DNA of 64,000 bases. Source: Thermoleophilia bacterium (GTDB taxonomy: Bacteria; Actinomycetota; Thermoleophilia; Gaiellales; Gaiellaceae). Each line of letters opens with the position of its first letter. The stretch's first letter is position 1. The notes beneath the pieces were generated by a model. That model was not told the origin of the DNA and did not search any database. It saw nothing but the letters and a program-made list of their open reading frames with translations. Of the stretch, positions 26,994-36,590 are shown one piece after another. The stretch covers positions 3,507 to 67,506 of the forward strand of contig JACVRR010000001.1 of NCBI GenBank assembly GCA_014534345.1, given 5' to 3'. Both the position numbers and the translations under genes were made by a program.

Positions 26994-27347
26994 CTACCCC
27001 GGCCGCTCGACGAGCCGGAGCTGATCGCCCTCGCGGACGCCGCGCCGCTCGATCTCTCCCGCCGGCAGCTCGAGGACCGCCCGCGCGCCTCGCTTCGCCG
27101 CGATCCGCCAGGGCAGAAGATCCCGGACGACACGGACGACGCGCAGCTCCTCGTCGAGGAATACGGCATCGATCGGAAAGCGCATGAACCACATGTGGAT
27201 CGACGACGCAGGGCGAAGGAGGAGTCCCTCACCTCGCGGGAGCGCCGCGCGGCCCAGCAGCCCCTTCATACGCGCGACCGCGCGGTCGGCGATTACGCAG
27301 CGCTCGCAGACGACGCCGCCACCGCTTCGCTCGATCGTTACGGCCAC
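26994..27347 (-). CDS. DUF192-family protein
   Basis: ORF 26994..27347 has the pattern RMKGLLGR...GLLL.P..SIHMWFMRFPIDAVFLD typical of DUF192/COG1430. Confidence 0.65.
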   Translation of the reverse strand: MAVTIERSGGGVVCERCVIADRAVARMKGLLGRAALPRGEGLLLRPASSIHMWFMRFPIDAVFLDEELRVVRVVRDLLPWRIAAKRGARAVLELPAGEIERRGVREGDQLRLVERPG

Positions 27348-27558
27348 GGGCCGTCACGGTAGACGACCGCGTCGACGCCGCAACGTCCGCGGCCGCGACG
27401 ATCAGGAGCCGACGGTGTCCGTCCAGCTCACGGGCGCGAAGGGCGAAGCGAGCGACCATCGCAAGCGGGTAGCACCCCGCTTCGTCTGCCGTCTCCGGGC
27501 GACGCGCGCGGCAGCGGCATCGCCGACTCCGATTCGCGGGGGCCGCCCGTCGGAGAAG

Positions 27559-28473
27559 CTAGATCGCGTCGATGAACGCGAAGATCGCGGGGGCGAGCAG
27601 AATCACGAACATCGCGGGAAAGATGAGAAAGATCAGCGGGAAGAGAATCTTGATCGGCGCCTTCTGCGCGCGCTCCTCGGCCTTCTGGCGCCGCCGCTTG
27701 CGCATCTCGATCGCGAGGTCGCGCATGATCTGCCCGATCGAGATCCCGAGCGTCTCGCCCTGGACGACCGAGCGGACGAAGCCGCGCATGCCCGGGGTTT
27801 CGCAGCGATCGAGCAGATTGCGCATCGCCTCGCTGGTGGTCAGCCCCATCCGCTGCTCCTGGAGGGTCACGCGCAGCTCCTCGCCGAGCGGACCGCTCAG
27901 CCGCTCGGCCGCCACCTGGAGAGAGCCGTTGAATCCGAGCCCGGCCTCCACCGTGACGACGAGCAGGTCGATGAGCTCCGGGAGCTCGTCGTCGATTCGC
28001 TCCAGCCGCTTTCGAGCGCGGTTCCGGATGAACACGACCGGAAGCTGCCAGCCGGTGAGACCGACGACGGGGATGGCAACGACCGCGAACGCGAACGGCC
28101 ACCCGATCGAACCAGCGAACCACAGCCACACCGCACTGGTGAGGACGCCGCTCAGGACGCGGTACCCGGTGAGCGTGCGCGTCGAGACGTTGTAGAAGCC
28201 CCCCGCCCGCAACTCGTTGCGGATGTCCGCTTCGCCGGACGAACCGAGAGACGAGAACGTCGCGCCGATCACGTCGGCGATTCCGTCGAACACCCCGCGC
28301 ACGCTTCCCGTCGGCACGCCGGCGTCGAGTTCGCGAACAGGTGTCTCGAACCCGTACGCCTCGATTTGCCCGATCGTCTCGGCCACGCGTACGCGCGGGA
28401 GGGCGAGCGCCCGCGCTAGCAACGTCACGCCGGCGGCCGCGAGCAGGAGACCGAACAGGAGAATGACGAACAT
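27559..28473 (-). CDS. tadC: Tad pilus inner-membrane platform protein TadC (T2SS F-family)
   Basis: Internal ATG of ORF 27559..29217, preceded by AGGAGG. The T2SSF domain shows in ELPELIDLLVVTVEAGLGF and the C-terminal TM. Confidence 0.8.
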   Translation of the reverse strand: MFVILLFGLLLAAAGVTLLARALALPRVRVAETIGQIEAYGFETPVRELDAGVPTGSVRGVFDGIADVIGATFSSLGSSGEADIRNELRAGGFYNVSTRTLTGYRVLSGVLTSAVWLWFAGSIGWPFAFAVVAIPVVGLTGWQLPVVFIRNRARKRLERIDDELPELIDLLVVTVEAGLGFNGSLQVAAERLSGPLGEELRVTLQEQRMGLTTSEAMRNLLDRCETPGMRGFVRSVVQGETLGISIGQIMRDLAIEMRKRRRQKAEERAQKAPIKILFPLIFLIFPAMFVILLAPAIFAFIDAI

Positions 28474-28481
28474 CGGGCCTC

Positions 28482-30359
28482 CTACACCTTGATGTTGACG
28501 ATCCGCCGGATCACGAGCGAGCCGGCGACGACCATCAGCGCGCTCATCACGAGCATGACGCGACCGAGCGTGTGGTCGACGAGTGGCTGCAGGTAGTCGG
28601 GGTTGATGGCCAGGATCGCGAGAATGAGCAAGGGCGGCAGGGCGGAGACGACCCAGCGCGACATCCGGCCCTGAACGGTCAGCGTGCGCACGAGTCGGCG
28701 GACGTCGCCGCGTTCGCGAATCGTCTCGGTGACCCGGTCGAGCACCTCGGCCGTGTTGCCGCCCGTCTCGCGCCCGAGCGCGCTCACGAGCGCTACCTGC
28801 TCCAGGTCGGGGCACTCCATCCGCCGGGCGACGTCGGTGAGCGACACCTCCAGCGGCACGCCGAGCTGCTCGTCGGCGACGACACGACGAAACTCCTTGC
28901 GCGTCGGCTCGGCGGCGTCGTCGACGACCACGGACAGCGCTCCGACGAGGCTGTGGCCCGCCCGCAAAGCGCCCGCAAGAACGGCGAGGTTGTCGGGAAG
29001 CTGCTCCTCGAACGCGGAGCGGCGCGCATTCAGGCGTCGCGCGATCATGGCGCGCACCGCCAGCGGGACGAGGACGGCGACCAACGACGCGGCCGCCCCG
29101 AGCACGATCCACAGAACGAGCGCCAGCCCCAACGTGCCGGTGACGGTGAGCGCGACGATCCGCGCAGCCGAGATCGGGAGCTCGGCAATTTCGAGCGCCT
29201 CCTCGAACCGCGCCCACCGGGAGGCGCGGCCGCTCGGGTCGGTCGCCGACGCCTGACCGCCGCCATCTGGTTCACCGGCCGTCGAGGCGAACGAGACGAA
29301 CTCGGAGAGCCGACGGCGAAGCGAGTCGTCCCGGCGCGTCTTCAACAGGGCGAGCAGCCCGAACGCGATGAGGCCGGCCGCGAGCAGGCTGACGAGAGCA
29401 AACGTGACCGGCGAACGCCAGAGGGACTGGACCGTCGACGGTGAGTAGAGCGGCGGCGCGGGCGGGATGAACGACGGCGCGACGTACATCGCGCGCGCGA
29501 CTCCCGGGAACCCCTCGACCCGGACGGCGACCCGGACGCGCTCGTTCGAACGCGCAAGCGAGCGGTAGCGCAGGATCCACTGGCGCGACAGCTCGAAGCC
29601 GAGCTGGTCGAAGATCCGCGGAAGCTCCTGGGGAGCGCGGGCTTCCGCGAAGCGGCCGCCGCTCTTCTTCGCAAGCTCCGCCAGAGTCGTCGCGTCGAAC
29701 GCGCGCGAGCGGAGGCCGATCGAGAACACGCGCGCGTGCGCCTCGGCCACGGCGGCAGCCGCGGTTTCGCGCGTCGCCGTGCTCCCGACGTCGGCGCCGT
29801 CGGAGAGCAGGACGAACGACGCCGACTCGATTCCCGCCGACCGAACCAGCTCGCTGGCGCGAACGAGCGCATCGAAGATTCCCGTCCCGTAGGCGAGTCG
29901 CGGCGTACGCCCGAGCACGGCGTCGATGCGTGCTTGGTCGGTCGTGAACGGCAGGAGGACGCGGGGCGCGCCGTCGAACGCGACGACGGCGAGCTGCTGC
30001 TGCGGACTGCGGCGCGCTGCGAACAGCCGAGCACCTTCCATCGCGGCGGCGATCGGGTGCCCGGCCATGCTCTCGCTCGTGTCGACGAGCAGGACGGTCG
30101 CGAGCTCCTTGCCGCCGGCAAGCGAGGCGGGAATCACCGTCGGATCGGATACGCGGCTGCCGTTCTCGGTCACCTTCACGCGCACGCGATCGAGATCGGC
30201 GCGCCGCGGAAACGAGAGCACGAACGTGCGCTCGGGGAAGTCCGCGCCGCCGCCCGCCGGCCGGCTCAGCTCGAAGCCGGGACGCGCGGCACCCGCCGCC
30301 GCGGCGGCGGTGCACGCGGCCGCGAGGATCGCGATCAGCGCGACCGCGACGTTCCTCAT
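28482..30359 (-). CDS. tadB: fusion of a secreted von Willebrand A domain and the TadB platform protein (T2SS F-family)
   Basis: The order is a signal peptide, a vWA domain with the MIDAS motif LLVDTSESMAG, a TM segment, and then a T2SSF domain (LPDNLAVLAGALRAGHSL...). Confidence 0.8.
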   Translation of the reverse strand: MRNVAVALIAILAAACTAAAAAGAARPGFELSRPAGGGADFPERTFVLSFPRRADLDRVRVKVTENGSRVSDPTVIPASLAGGKELATVLLVDTSESMAGHPIAAAMEGARLFAARRSPQQQLAVVAFDGAPRVLLPFTTDQARIDAVLGRTPRLAYGTGIFDALVRASELVRSAGIESASFVLLSDGADVGSTATRETAAAAVAEAHARVFSIGLRSRAFDATTLAELAKKSGGRFAEARAPQELPRIFDQLGFELSRQWILRYRSLARSNERVRVAVRVEGFPGVARAMYVAPSFIPPAPPLYSPSTVQSLWRSPVTFALVSLLAAGLIAFGLLALLKTRRDDSLRRRLSEFVSFASTAGEPDGGGQASATDPSGRASRWARFEEALEIAELPISAARIVALTVTGTLGLALVLWIVLGAAASLVAVLVPLAVRAMIARRLNARRSAFEEQLPDNLAVLAGALRAGHSLVGALSVVVDDAAEPTRKEFRRVVADEQLGVPLEVSLTDVARRMECPDLEQVALVSALGRETGGNTAEVLDRVTETIRERGDVRRLVRTLTVQGRMSRWVVSALPPLLILAILAINPDYLQPLVDHTLGRVMLVMSALMVVAGSLVIRRIVNIKV

Positions 30360-31717
30360 CGGCCGGCCACGCGCGGAACCTCGCTGAGCGAACCACGCTG
30401 CCCGTCGAGGGAGAACAGGTCGGTGGGCAGCGGCACGCCGTGCTTCTCGAACTTGTGCAGGAACGTCGGCCGCAGACCGGTCGAGCGGTGGCCGCCGATG
30501 ACGACGCGGTCGGGCGTAACCCGCTCGATCCTGTACGTGAACAGATCCTGCAGCGTGATGACGTCGGACTCCATCCGCTGGACCTCGGTGATGGCCGTGA
30601 CCTTCCGGGAGCCGTCCTCGATGCGCTCGAGGTGGACGATCAGGTCGAGCGCGGAGGAGAGCTGCTGGCGGATCGCGCGCACCGGCAGGTCGTAGCCCGA
30701 CATCAGCACCATCGTCTCGACGCGCGAGAGCGCGTCGCGGGGCGAGTTCGAATGGACCGTCGAGAGCGAGCCCTCGTGACCCGTGTTCATCGCCTGCAAC
30801 ATGTCGAGGGCCTCTGCCCCACGAACCTCGCCGACGATGATCCGGTCGGGGCGCATGCGCAGCGAGTTGCGCACCAGGTCGCGAATCGGGATCTCGCCCT
30901 CGCCCTCGACGTTGCGCGGCCGCGCCTCGAGCCGGAGGACGTGCCGCTGGTTCAGGCTCAGCTCGGCGGCGTCCTCGATCGTGACGATCCGGTCGGCATC
31001 CGGGATGGCGGCCGACACGGCGTTGAGCAGCGTGGTCTTACCGGTACCGGTCCCTCCCGAGATGAGGATGCTCAGCCGCGCCCGGACGCATCGCTGGAGA
31101 AACTCGACGGTCTCCGGGCTGAGCGTGCCGATCTTGGCCAGCTCCTCGAGCGTGAAGCGCTTGTTCTGGAACTTCCGGATCGTGAGCAGTGGACCGCTGA
31201 GCGACAGTGGCGGGATCACCGCGTTGACGCGGCTGCCGTCGGGCAGGCGCGCGTCGACCATCGGCTGGCTCTCGTCGATCCGCCTCCCGACGTGGGCGAC
31301 GATCTTGTTGATAATCCGGCGGAGATGGGACTCGTCGGTGAACCGCACGGCGGTCTCGTACAGCCGCCCGTTGCGCTCGATCCAGATGTCGTGCGGACCG
31401 TTGACCATGATCTCGGTGATCGAGTCGTCGGCGAGCAGGCGCTCGAGCGGGCCGTGGCCGAGGATGTCGTCGGCGAGCTCCGATGCGATCCGCTCGCGGT
31501 CGTCCCGCGACACGCCCACCTCTTGCGAGAGATGGGCCTTGACGTCGCTGACGACCCGCTCGCGCAAGCCGTCGTCGTCGGCGGCGACGTTGTAGAGGCG
31601 CGACCCCAGCTCGCTGATCACCGCGAAGTGGACGCGGTTCTTGAGCTCGGCGAAGGGATCCTTGCGCGGAGCCGGCGCGACGGCCCGGCCGGCGGTTAGG
31701 CGCTCGTGGAGATCCAT
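30356..31717 (-). CDS. tadA: Tad pilus secretion ATPase TadA/CpaF
   Basis: The Walker A is ISGGTGTGKTTLLNA, with Asp/His boxes EDAAEL and RMRPDRIIVGEVRG. An ATGA overlap links it to tadB. Confidence 0.9.
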   Translation of the reverse strand: MDLHERLTAGRAVAPAPRKDPFAELKNRVHFAVISELGSRLYNVAADDDGLRERVVSDVKAHLSQEVGVSRDDRERIASELADDILGHGPLERLLADDSITEIMVNGPHDIWIERNGRLYETAVRFTDESHLRRIINKIVAHVGRRIDESQPMVDARLPDGSRVNAVIPPLSLSGPLLTIRKFQNKRFTLEELAKIGTLSPETVEFLQRCVRARLSILISGGTGTGKTTLLNAVSAAIPDADRIVTIEDAAELSLNQRHVLRLEARPRNVEGEGEIPIRDLVRNSLRMRPDRIIVGEVRGAEALDMLQAMNTGHEGSLSTVHSNSPRDALSRVETMVLMSGYDLPVRAIRQQLSSALDLIVHLERIEDGSRKVTAITEVQRMESDVITLQDLFTYRIERVTPDRVVIGGHRSTGLRPTFLHKFEKHGVPLPTDLFSLDGQRGSLSEVPRVAGR

Positions 31718-32919
31718 CAGCCTCTCCTCGCCAGTCCGAAGAGCCCGGCGCGCTTGGCGGTCACCGCGTCCGCGTGGCCGTTCCGCTCCGGATGAGGCAC
31801 CAGGAAGCGCTCGCTCAACGCCCTGAACGCACGAGCCGCGTCCGAGCGCGCCTGCGCGAGAACGATCGGCGTGGCTTCGTTGACCGACCGCGAGATCTCC
31901 CGGTCGCTCGGCACCAGCACGTCCGGCTCGCGCCCGAGGATGGCGACGACGTCGTCATGCTCGAGGCCGACGCGGCTGTCGGCCCGGTTGAGCACGAGAG
32001 CGACGCGGTCGTTTGGGAACCCCATCAGGTCGAGCGTCTCGAGCCCGAGCTTCGTGTTCTTCAGCGACAGCGAGTCGAGCGTCGCCACCGCGCAGACGTG
32101 CGAAGCGTTGTCGATGGTCGCGATCACCTCGGGCGTGAACCCCGGTGGGGTGTCGACGACCACGTAGTCGTTGCTCGCGCGCAGCACGGGGTACAGCTGC
32201 TTCAAGAAGTCGACCGTCACGTGCGTCGCGTGGTCGGGTCGCGTCGGCGCGAGCAGGACGCGGGCCCCGCTCGCATGGGTTACGAGGTACCGGTCGACCT
32301 TCTCTTCGTCGATTGCGCCGCCGGTGCGGGCGAGCTCCGCGATCGTGTGCTCGGGCGACATGCCGAGCGCGAGCCCGACGTCGCCGAACTGCAGGTCGAG
32401 ATCCACCAGCACCACACGGCTGTCCCGCTCCGCCAGCGCCACGGCGAGGTTCGCCGCGGTGAGTGTCTTTCCGGTTCCCCCCTTGGGACCGAGCACGCAG
32501 ATCATCGGCGCGAGCGACCCGTGACCCGTGGGCGCCACGCGGCGTGCGACCGCCTTCTGCAGCGCGAGCTCGATTTCGTCGGGCGCCTGCGGGAGGAAGA
32601 CGATGTCGTCCGCGCCGGCCTGGAACGCCCGCGCCAGCAGCCCGGGACCCGGACCGTGGCAGAGGACGACGACGGGGCGCTCCGGCTGCTGCTTCGCCGA
32701 GGCCGCGACGAGTGCCAGCGCCCGCTCCGAGTACCCGGCGCAGGCGACGACGAGGAGGTCGGCGGCAGTCTGCTGGAGCACTGCCCAGCCCTCGTCGAGC
32801 CCGTCGACGATCCCGACCACGTGAAGGCCGGAGCCCGCCGGGAGAGCCTCTTGGAGCGTGTTCCGATCGACGCCGGTGTCGAGCGCGACGAGGACGGTGA
32901 TGCTGTCTCCGATGGTCAT
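31717..32919 (-). CDS. tadZ: TadZ/CpaE-like protein (degenerate receiver domain plus ParA/MinD ATPase)
   Basis: The deviant Walker A is GPKGGTGKTLTAANLA. The N-terminal REC-like fold lacks the acceptor Asp (LLVVACAG). Confidence 0.85.
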   Translation of the reverse strand: MTIGDSITVLVALDTGVDRNTLQEALPAGSGLHVVGIVDGLDEGWAVLQQTAADLLVVACAGYSERALALVAASAKQQPERPVVVLCHGPGPGLLARAFQAGADDIVFLPQAPDEIELALQKAVARRVAPTGHGSLAPMICVLGPKGGTGKTLTAANLAVALAERDSRVVLVDLDLQFGDVGLALGMSPEHTIAELARTGGAIDEEKVDRYLVTHASGARVLLAPTRPDHATHVTVDFLKQLYPVLRASNDYVVVDTPPGFTPEVIATIDNASHVCAVATLDSLSLKNTKLGLETLDLMGFPNDRVALVLNRADSRVGLEHDDVVAILGREPDVLVPSDREISRSVNEATPIVLAQARSDAARAFRALSERFLVPHPERNGHADAVTAKRAGLFGLARRG

Positions 32920-32921
32920 GG

Positions 32922-33677
32922 CTACTTCCCGCTTCCCAGAAGGACGTTCGAGAACGTGACGGTCGAGGCGTTCGTCTTCGGCGCGCCGGCGCGCGGTCTC
33001 AATACGACCCAGATGCTTCCGTTGTCCGCGACGAACGCGAGCTTGGCCGCCTGCTTGGGCGTTACGCGGAGGACAATCCTGCTGTCCTCGGCGCCGCCGA
33101 CACCGCCCTGACCCTCGACGGGCGCCTGAATCACGTACACGTCTTGGAGCAGCGTCTTGACGACGTCCGGTAGGTCGCCCTCGCTGAAGCTTGCGTACAC
33201 GTCGACGCGGTCGCCCGCCTCGACCTGGCCGGCGTTTCCTGCCGTCGCGCCGACCGGCACCGCGATCGCGCGCTGTTCATCGACGAGCTGTGTGCCGAGC
33301 GTGCTTTCTCCGAGCGCGAACTCGGCGCCGGTTAGCTGCTGGCCAGGAAGGACGTCCGCGACGGCGACCCGGCCGCGCAGCGCCGCCGGATCGGTAATCG
33401 CCCCGGTCTTGAGCTCGTCTTTCGGCACGGACGCGACGGTGTACTGCTTCTTCAGCGCGATCGTGTCGCCGAGCATCCCCTTCTCGATCAGGCCGTCGGC
33501 GACCAGGACCTTCGCCGGCGCCGCGCCCGCGCTCAGGCTCTGCCGGTACTGGTTGACGTACGCGACGATCACGATCGCCGCGAGCGCGGCCGCTCCGATT
33601 CCGAGGAGGATCGTGCCCTGGCGCGTGGCGAGCAGCCTCCCGTTGACGTACCGACGAACTGCGTGCACCGATTCCAC
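32922..33677 (-). CDS. cpaB: Flp pilus assembly protein CpaB/RcpC
   Basis: GTG at 33677 after GAGGAG, within ORF 32922..34157. It has an N-terminal TM, a SAF-like segment and a CpaB-like C-terminus. Confidence 0.75.
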   Translation of the reverse strand: MESVHAVRRYVNGRLLATRQGTILLGIGAAALAAIVIVAYVNQYRQSLSAGAAPAKVLVADGLIEKGMLGDTIALKKQYTVASVPKDELKTGAITDPAALRGRVAVADVLPGQQLTGAEFALGESTLGTQLVDEQRAIAVPVGATAGNAGQVEAGDRVDVYASFSEGDLPDVVKTLLQDVYVIQAPVEGQGGVGGAEDSRIVLRVTPKQAAKLAFVADNGSIWVVLRPRAGAPKTNASTVTFSNVLLGSGK

Positions 33678-33691
33678 TGCCGATCTCCTCT

Positions 33692-35839
33692 CTACCTGGT
33701 AAGGACTGCGATACAGGGGGTAAATGCATTGACGTCGCACGGCGAGCCGCTTCCGGTTCCCTGGCCGGAAGACACCGTGTAGTTGATGAAGTTGCCCAGG
33801 AGAAAGCCCTTCGCGACCTTGTTCTCGTTGCCGATGACCGGGTCCGGGCACGGATCGTCGTCGGACGGGTTGTTCCCGCCCCAGCCACGGATGTAGAACG
33901 TCCCGAAGTCGATGACCGGGAAGAGCTCGCTGCTCCCCGTGCCACGCAGCGCGCCGAACGGCACCATGAACAGCTGCACGATCCGGGAGTCGCGCGGGTC
34001 CCAGGCGGCCGTCCCGAACTTGTCCCAGTTGTTGCGGCCTTGCACACCGGGCGCGGGACACTGGTTCGTCGACGCGCCGGGCCCGAGGACGCGCCTCTGG
34101 ATCCCGGTCGTGAACAGCCCGACCGAGCCGCCCGGCTTGACGGCCACGCAGTCCCATGGTTGCGGGCTAGCCCACATATCCGGAGAATTGGCCCACGGGG
34201 GGTTGCACGGATCCGGCTGGGACATGCGCGTGTTGACCTTGTAGAACGGCTCGCAGCCGAACTCGATCTCGGTCGCGAGCGTGACGGTCTGCTCGCAGTC
34301 GACCGCGCTCTGGTTGCCGTTCGCATCGGCTCGGCCAACGACGCGCAACGCCACGGGTGGATCGTTGGGCGAGGTCGAGACCGCTCCACCGAGATTGACG
34401 CGCACGAAGAACTTGTGCGACGTTCCCTCGCGATACGCGTTGGACGGCGTCGTCTGCTGGCTCGTCGTGTTCCAGTAATACGGGATCAGGCCGTCGGCGT
34501 TCCACAACTGGACGGAGCGCATCGCGCCGGAGAAATCATCGTTTCCGCTGAACGTCCGCTGGACGAGTCCCAGGTTTCCAGCGCACGGACTGTTCGACGA
34601 GCACGGTTGGCCAGCGATCGCGCCCGAACGCTGCTCGTAACAGAGCAAGATGGGGACCGGACCTGCGTCCGGTGAGACAGCAAATCCGCTGCTGTTCGAT
34701 GGAACGACCCAGTACCCCGAAACGAACGTCAGACCGATGTCGGCACCACCCTGGAGGTTTCCGGCGGCGGGACATGGCCTTCCAGCACCGACCATCGCAC
34801 CGACGCGCGCGTCGCCCGAACCAGTCGGCAAGTTGTCTATCTTCGCGAGGATCTTCAGGTAGCAGCCAGAGCCGAGTGAACGGTTGAAGAAGTACGGATC
34901 AGGACACGCGGGCGTCTGCCCCTGAGAGCTCCCGGGAACGAGGTGGACGTCGCGTGCGACGGGCAGCGTCGTCGCGGCGCCCGGCCAGCTCCGCGCGAAC
35001 ACGACGCCGCGCCGGTCGGGATCGTCGTAGCAGTCGACATCGGACGGCGCGCAGATCGTCGCGAGGTCACCCGTGAGATCGAACTCCGCCTGGTCGCGGT
35101 TCGAAAATGCGAGCACGGCCCCGACGCCGCTCTTGATCGGAGTGCCAGACGCAGGGAACGGCGAAACGTCGGCCGGCGGCATCGTCACGGTCGCCGGATC
35201 CGCCTCGTTGCTCCACGTGTTGAGACCGCCGCCAGTCCCGGTCTTGGTCAAGTACTTTCGCTCGAGGACGGCGCCCGTCTCGTTGTCGACGAACAGCACC
35301 GCGCCGCTCTTCGGATTCACGTCACGGATGCCGAGGGGGCGTAGCCTCGCGAGTGAACCGACCTTCTCCCACTGGACGCGGGCGTGGGCGTTGATCGCGG
35401 GCACGAAGCTCCCCGCGAGCTTGAAGAACCACGGGAGGTTCGCCTCGGTGAGCTTGACGTCGACCATCAGCGACTCGCAGGGCGGGCGAGTGTCCGTGTC
35501 GTCCGGTGGCCCGCTCCCCGCGGCAAACGTCTTACTGTTGATCAACAGCGTGATCGCGCCTTGGTGCGACCCGCCCACCTGCTCGTTGTACTTCGGATTC
35601 GCGCCTGGATCGCCGCCGTAGCGCCGCGCCATCGCCTCGATCAGCGAATTCGTGCAAGGGAAACGGAATTCTTGGCCCGCGGCGAGAGCGCCAGCGTCTG
35701 CCTGCAGCTGTAGATGTCGCTTGTGCGTGAACCAGTTCCCCACGTCGACAACGAACGTGAGCATCAAGATGAGGATGGGCACCCAGAGGACGAACAGCAC
35801 AAGGACGCCCCCACGCTCGTCGCCGACTCGCCCGCGCAT
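33692..35839 (-). CDS. TadG-like pseudopilin/minor pilin with a large Cys-rich extracellular domain (716 aa)
   Basis: ATG at 35839 within ORF 33692..36106. The N-terminus RGGVLVLFVLWVPILILMLTFVVDVGNWFTHKRHLQLQADAGALAAG matches the TadE/G-like Tad_N motif. The remaining ~650 aa contain about 22 Cys, no MIDAS motif, and no family I recognise. Confidence 0.65.
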   Translation of the reverse strand: MRGRVGDERGGVLVLFVLWVPILILMLTFVVDVGNWFTHKRHLQLQADAGALAAGQEFRFPCTNSLIEAMARRYGGDPGANPKYNEQVGGSHQGAITLLINSKTFAAGSGPPDDTDTRPPCESLMVDVKLTEANLPWFFKLAGSFVPAINAHARVQWEKVGSLARLRPLGIRDVNPKSGAVLFVDNETGAVLERKYLTKTGTGGGLNTWSNEADPATVTMPPADVSPFPASGTPIKSGVGAVLAFSNRDQAEFDLTGDLATICAPSDVDCYDDPDRRGVVFARSWPGAATTLPVARDVHLVPGSSQGQTPACPDPYFFNRSLGSGCYLKILAKIDNLPTGSGDARVGAMVGAGRPCPAAGNLQGGADIGLTFVSGYWVVPSNSSGFAVSPDAGPVPILLCYEQRSGAIAGQPCSSNSPCAGNLGLVQRTFSGNDDFSGAMRSVQLWNADGLIPYYWNTTSQQTTPSNAYREGTSHKFFVRVNLGGAVSTSPNDPPVALRVVGRADANGNQSAVDCEQTVTLATEIEFGCEPFYKVNTRMSQPDPCNPPWANSPDMWASPQPWDCVAVKPGGSVGLFTTGIQRRVLGPGASTNQCPAPGVQGRNNWDKFGTAAWDPRDSRIVQLFMVPFGALRGTGSSELFPVIDFGTFYIRGWGGNNPSDDDPCPDPVIGNENKVAKGFLLGNFINYTVSSGQGTGSGSPCDVNAFTPCIAVLTR

Positions 35840-35850
35840 CGCACCGGATC

Positions 35851-36324
35851 TCACACGCAATTCGCTGAGTACGACGCCGGAGCGGCTTCGAGCCGCATCC
35901 GCGCGGATGCCGTTACTTCTTTCGGCGGGCCGAGGTTGAGCAGCGGGATCCACGTGAAAGTGAACCTCACATCCACCTTGACGGGGGCACCGGTCGATCC
36001 TTCGGGCGTGATTTGAACGCACATCGTGCTTCGCATCTCGTCCGTGCTGGCCTGCTGCTTGAGGTAATTCTGAATACAGGAGCCGCCTGGGCTTCCAGTC
36101 GGACACCGATTGACGGCGGCGAAACGCGCTCCCTCGCTTGCAAGGTGGTTTGCGTCAAGCCAATAGTTGAGCATCCGCCCGAAGTCGAGAATCGCCATCA
36201 ACGTGACAAAGAGTGGCAGGGCAATGAGTGCGAACTCGACGGCCGCTGCGCCGCGCTCTTCGCCGAAACGAAAGCAGCGCCGCACCGGCTTCGAGACGAT
36301 TGGTTTGGCCCGTAGGAGCTTCAT
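35851..36324 (-). CDS. tadE: TadE-family pseudopilin
   Basis: The N-terminus ERGAAAVEFALIALPLFVTLMAILDFG is the TadE signature. Confidence 0.8.
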   Translation of the reverse strand: MKLLRAKPIVSKPVRRCFRFGEERGAAAVEFALIALPLFVTLMAILDFGRMLNYWLDANHLASEGARFAAVNRCPTGSPGGSCIQNYLKQQASTDEMRSTMCVQITPEGSTGAPVKVDVRFTFTWIPLLNLGPPKEVTASARMRLEAAPASYSANCV

Positions 36325-36344
36325 TCGTGAATGAACAGTTAGAG

Positions 36345-36491
36345 TCAGACTTTTGTCGCGACCGAACTGAGAAAACCGTTGATCGTGCCGCCGATCGAGG
36401 TGAGCGCCGTCACGCAGATCAGCGCGACGAGCATCACGATCACGGCGTACTCGAGAAGCGCCTGGCCAGAATCGTCGTGAAGAACGTCCAT
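36345..36491 (-). CDS. flp: Flp/Fap-family pilin (48 aa, divergent copy)
   Basis: The translation is MDVLHDDSGQALLEYAVIVMLVALICVTALTSIGGTINGFLSSVATKV, with the G/xxxxEY processing motif. The RBS AGGAAG lies upstream. Confidence 0.8.
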   Translation of the reverse strand: MDVLHDDSGQALLEYAVIVMLVALICVTALTSIGGTINGFLSSVATKV

Positions 36492-36503
36492 CTTCCTGGG
36501 ATT

Positions 36504-36563
36504 CCCCAGACGCCGTCCAAGCCGGCGTATCGGCCCGCGATGAGCGCCAGGCGGCGTCTGGGG
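36504..36563 (-). promoter_or_regulatory. 60-nt stem-loop (12-bp stem CCCCAGACGCCG/CGGCGTCTGGGG, 36-nt loop) 27 nt downstream of flp2 and immediately 5' of the flp1 RBS
   Basis: A perfect 12-bp inverted repeat is visible in the sequence, and a near-identical copy lies at 36906-36965. Confidence 0.55.
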
Positions 36564-36590
36564 AACCCGGGCTCTCAACGAACCGTCGCC

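Noticed and set aside
27348-27558. 210-bp gap between tadC and the DUF192 gene, and ORF 27229..27459 (-)
   Set aside because: The ORF overlaps the DUF192 start in another frame and translates to Arg/Ala-rich low-complexity sequence. I could support no conserved motif or structure.
32922-34389. Upstream extension of the cpaB ORF (to 34157) and ORF 33277..34389
   Set aside because: They overlap the 3' end of the TadG-like gene in other frames. The CpaB-like sequence with its TM anchor begins at the GTG at 33677, which has a GAGGAG RBS.
36319-36334. TTCATTC-GT-GAATGAA dyad overlapping the tadE start codon as a translational control hairpin
   Set aside because: The 2-nt spacer makes a stable RNA hairpin unlikely, and I found no second copy or other support.
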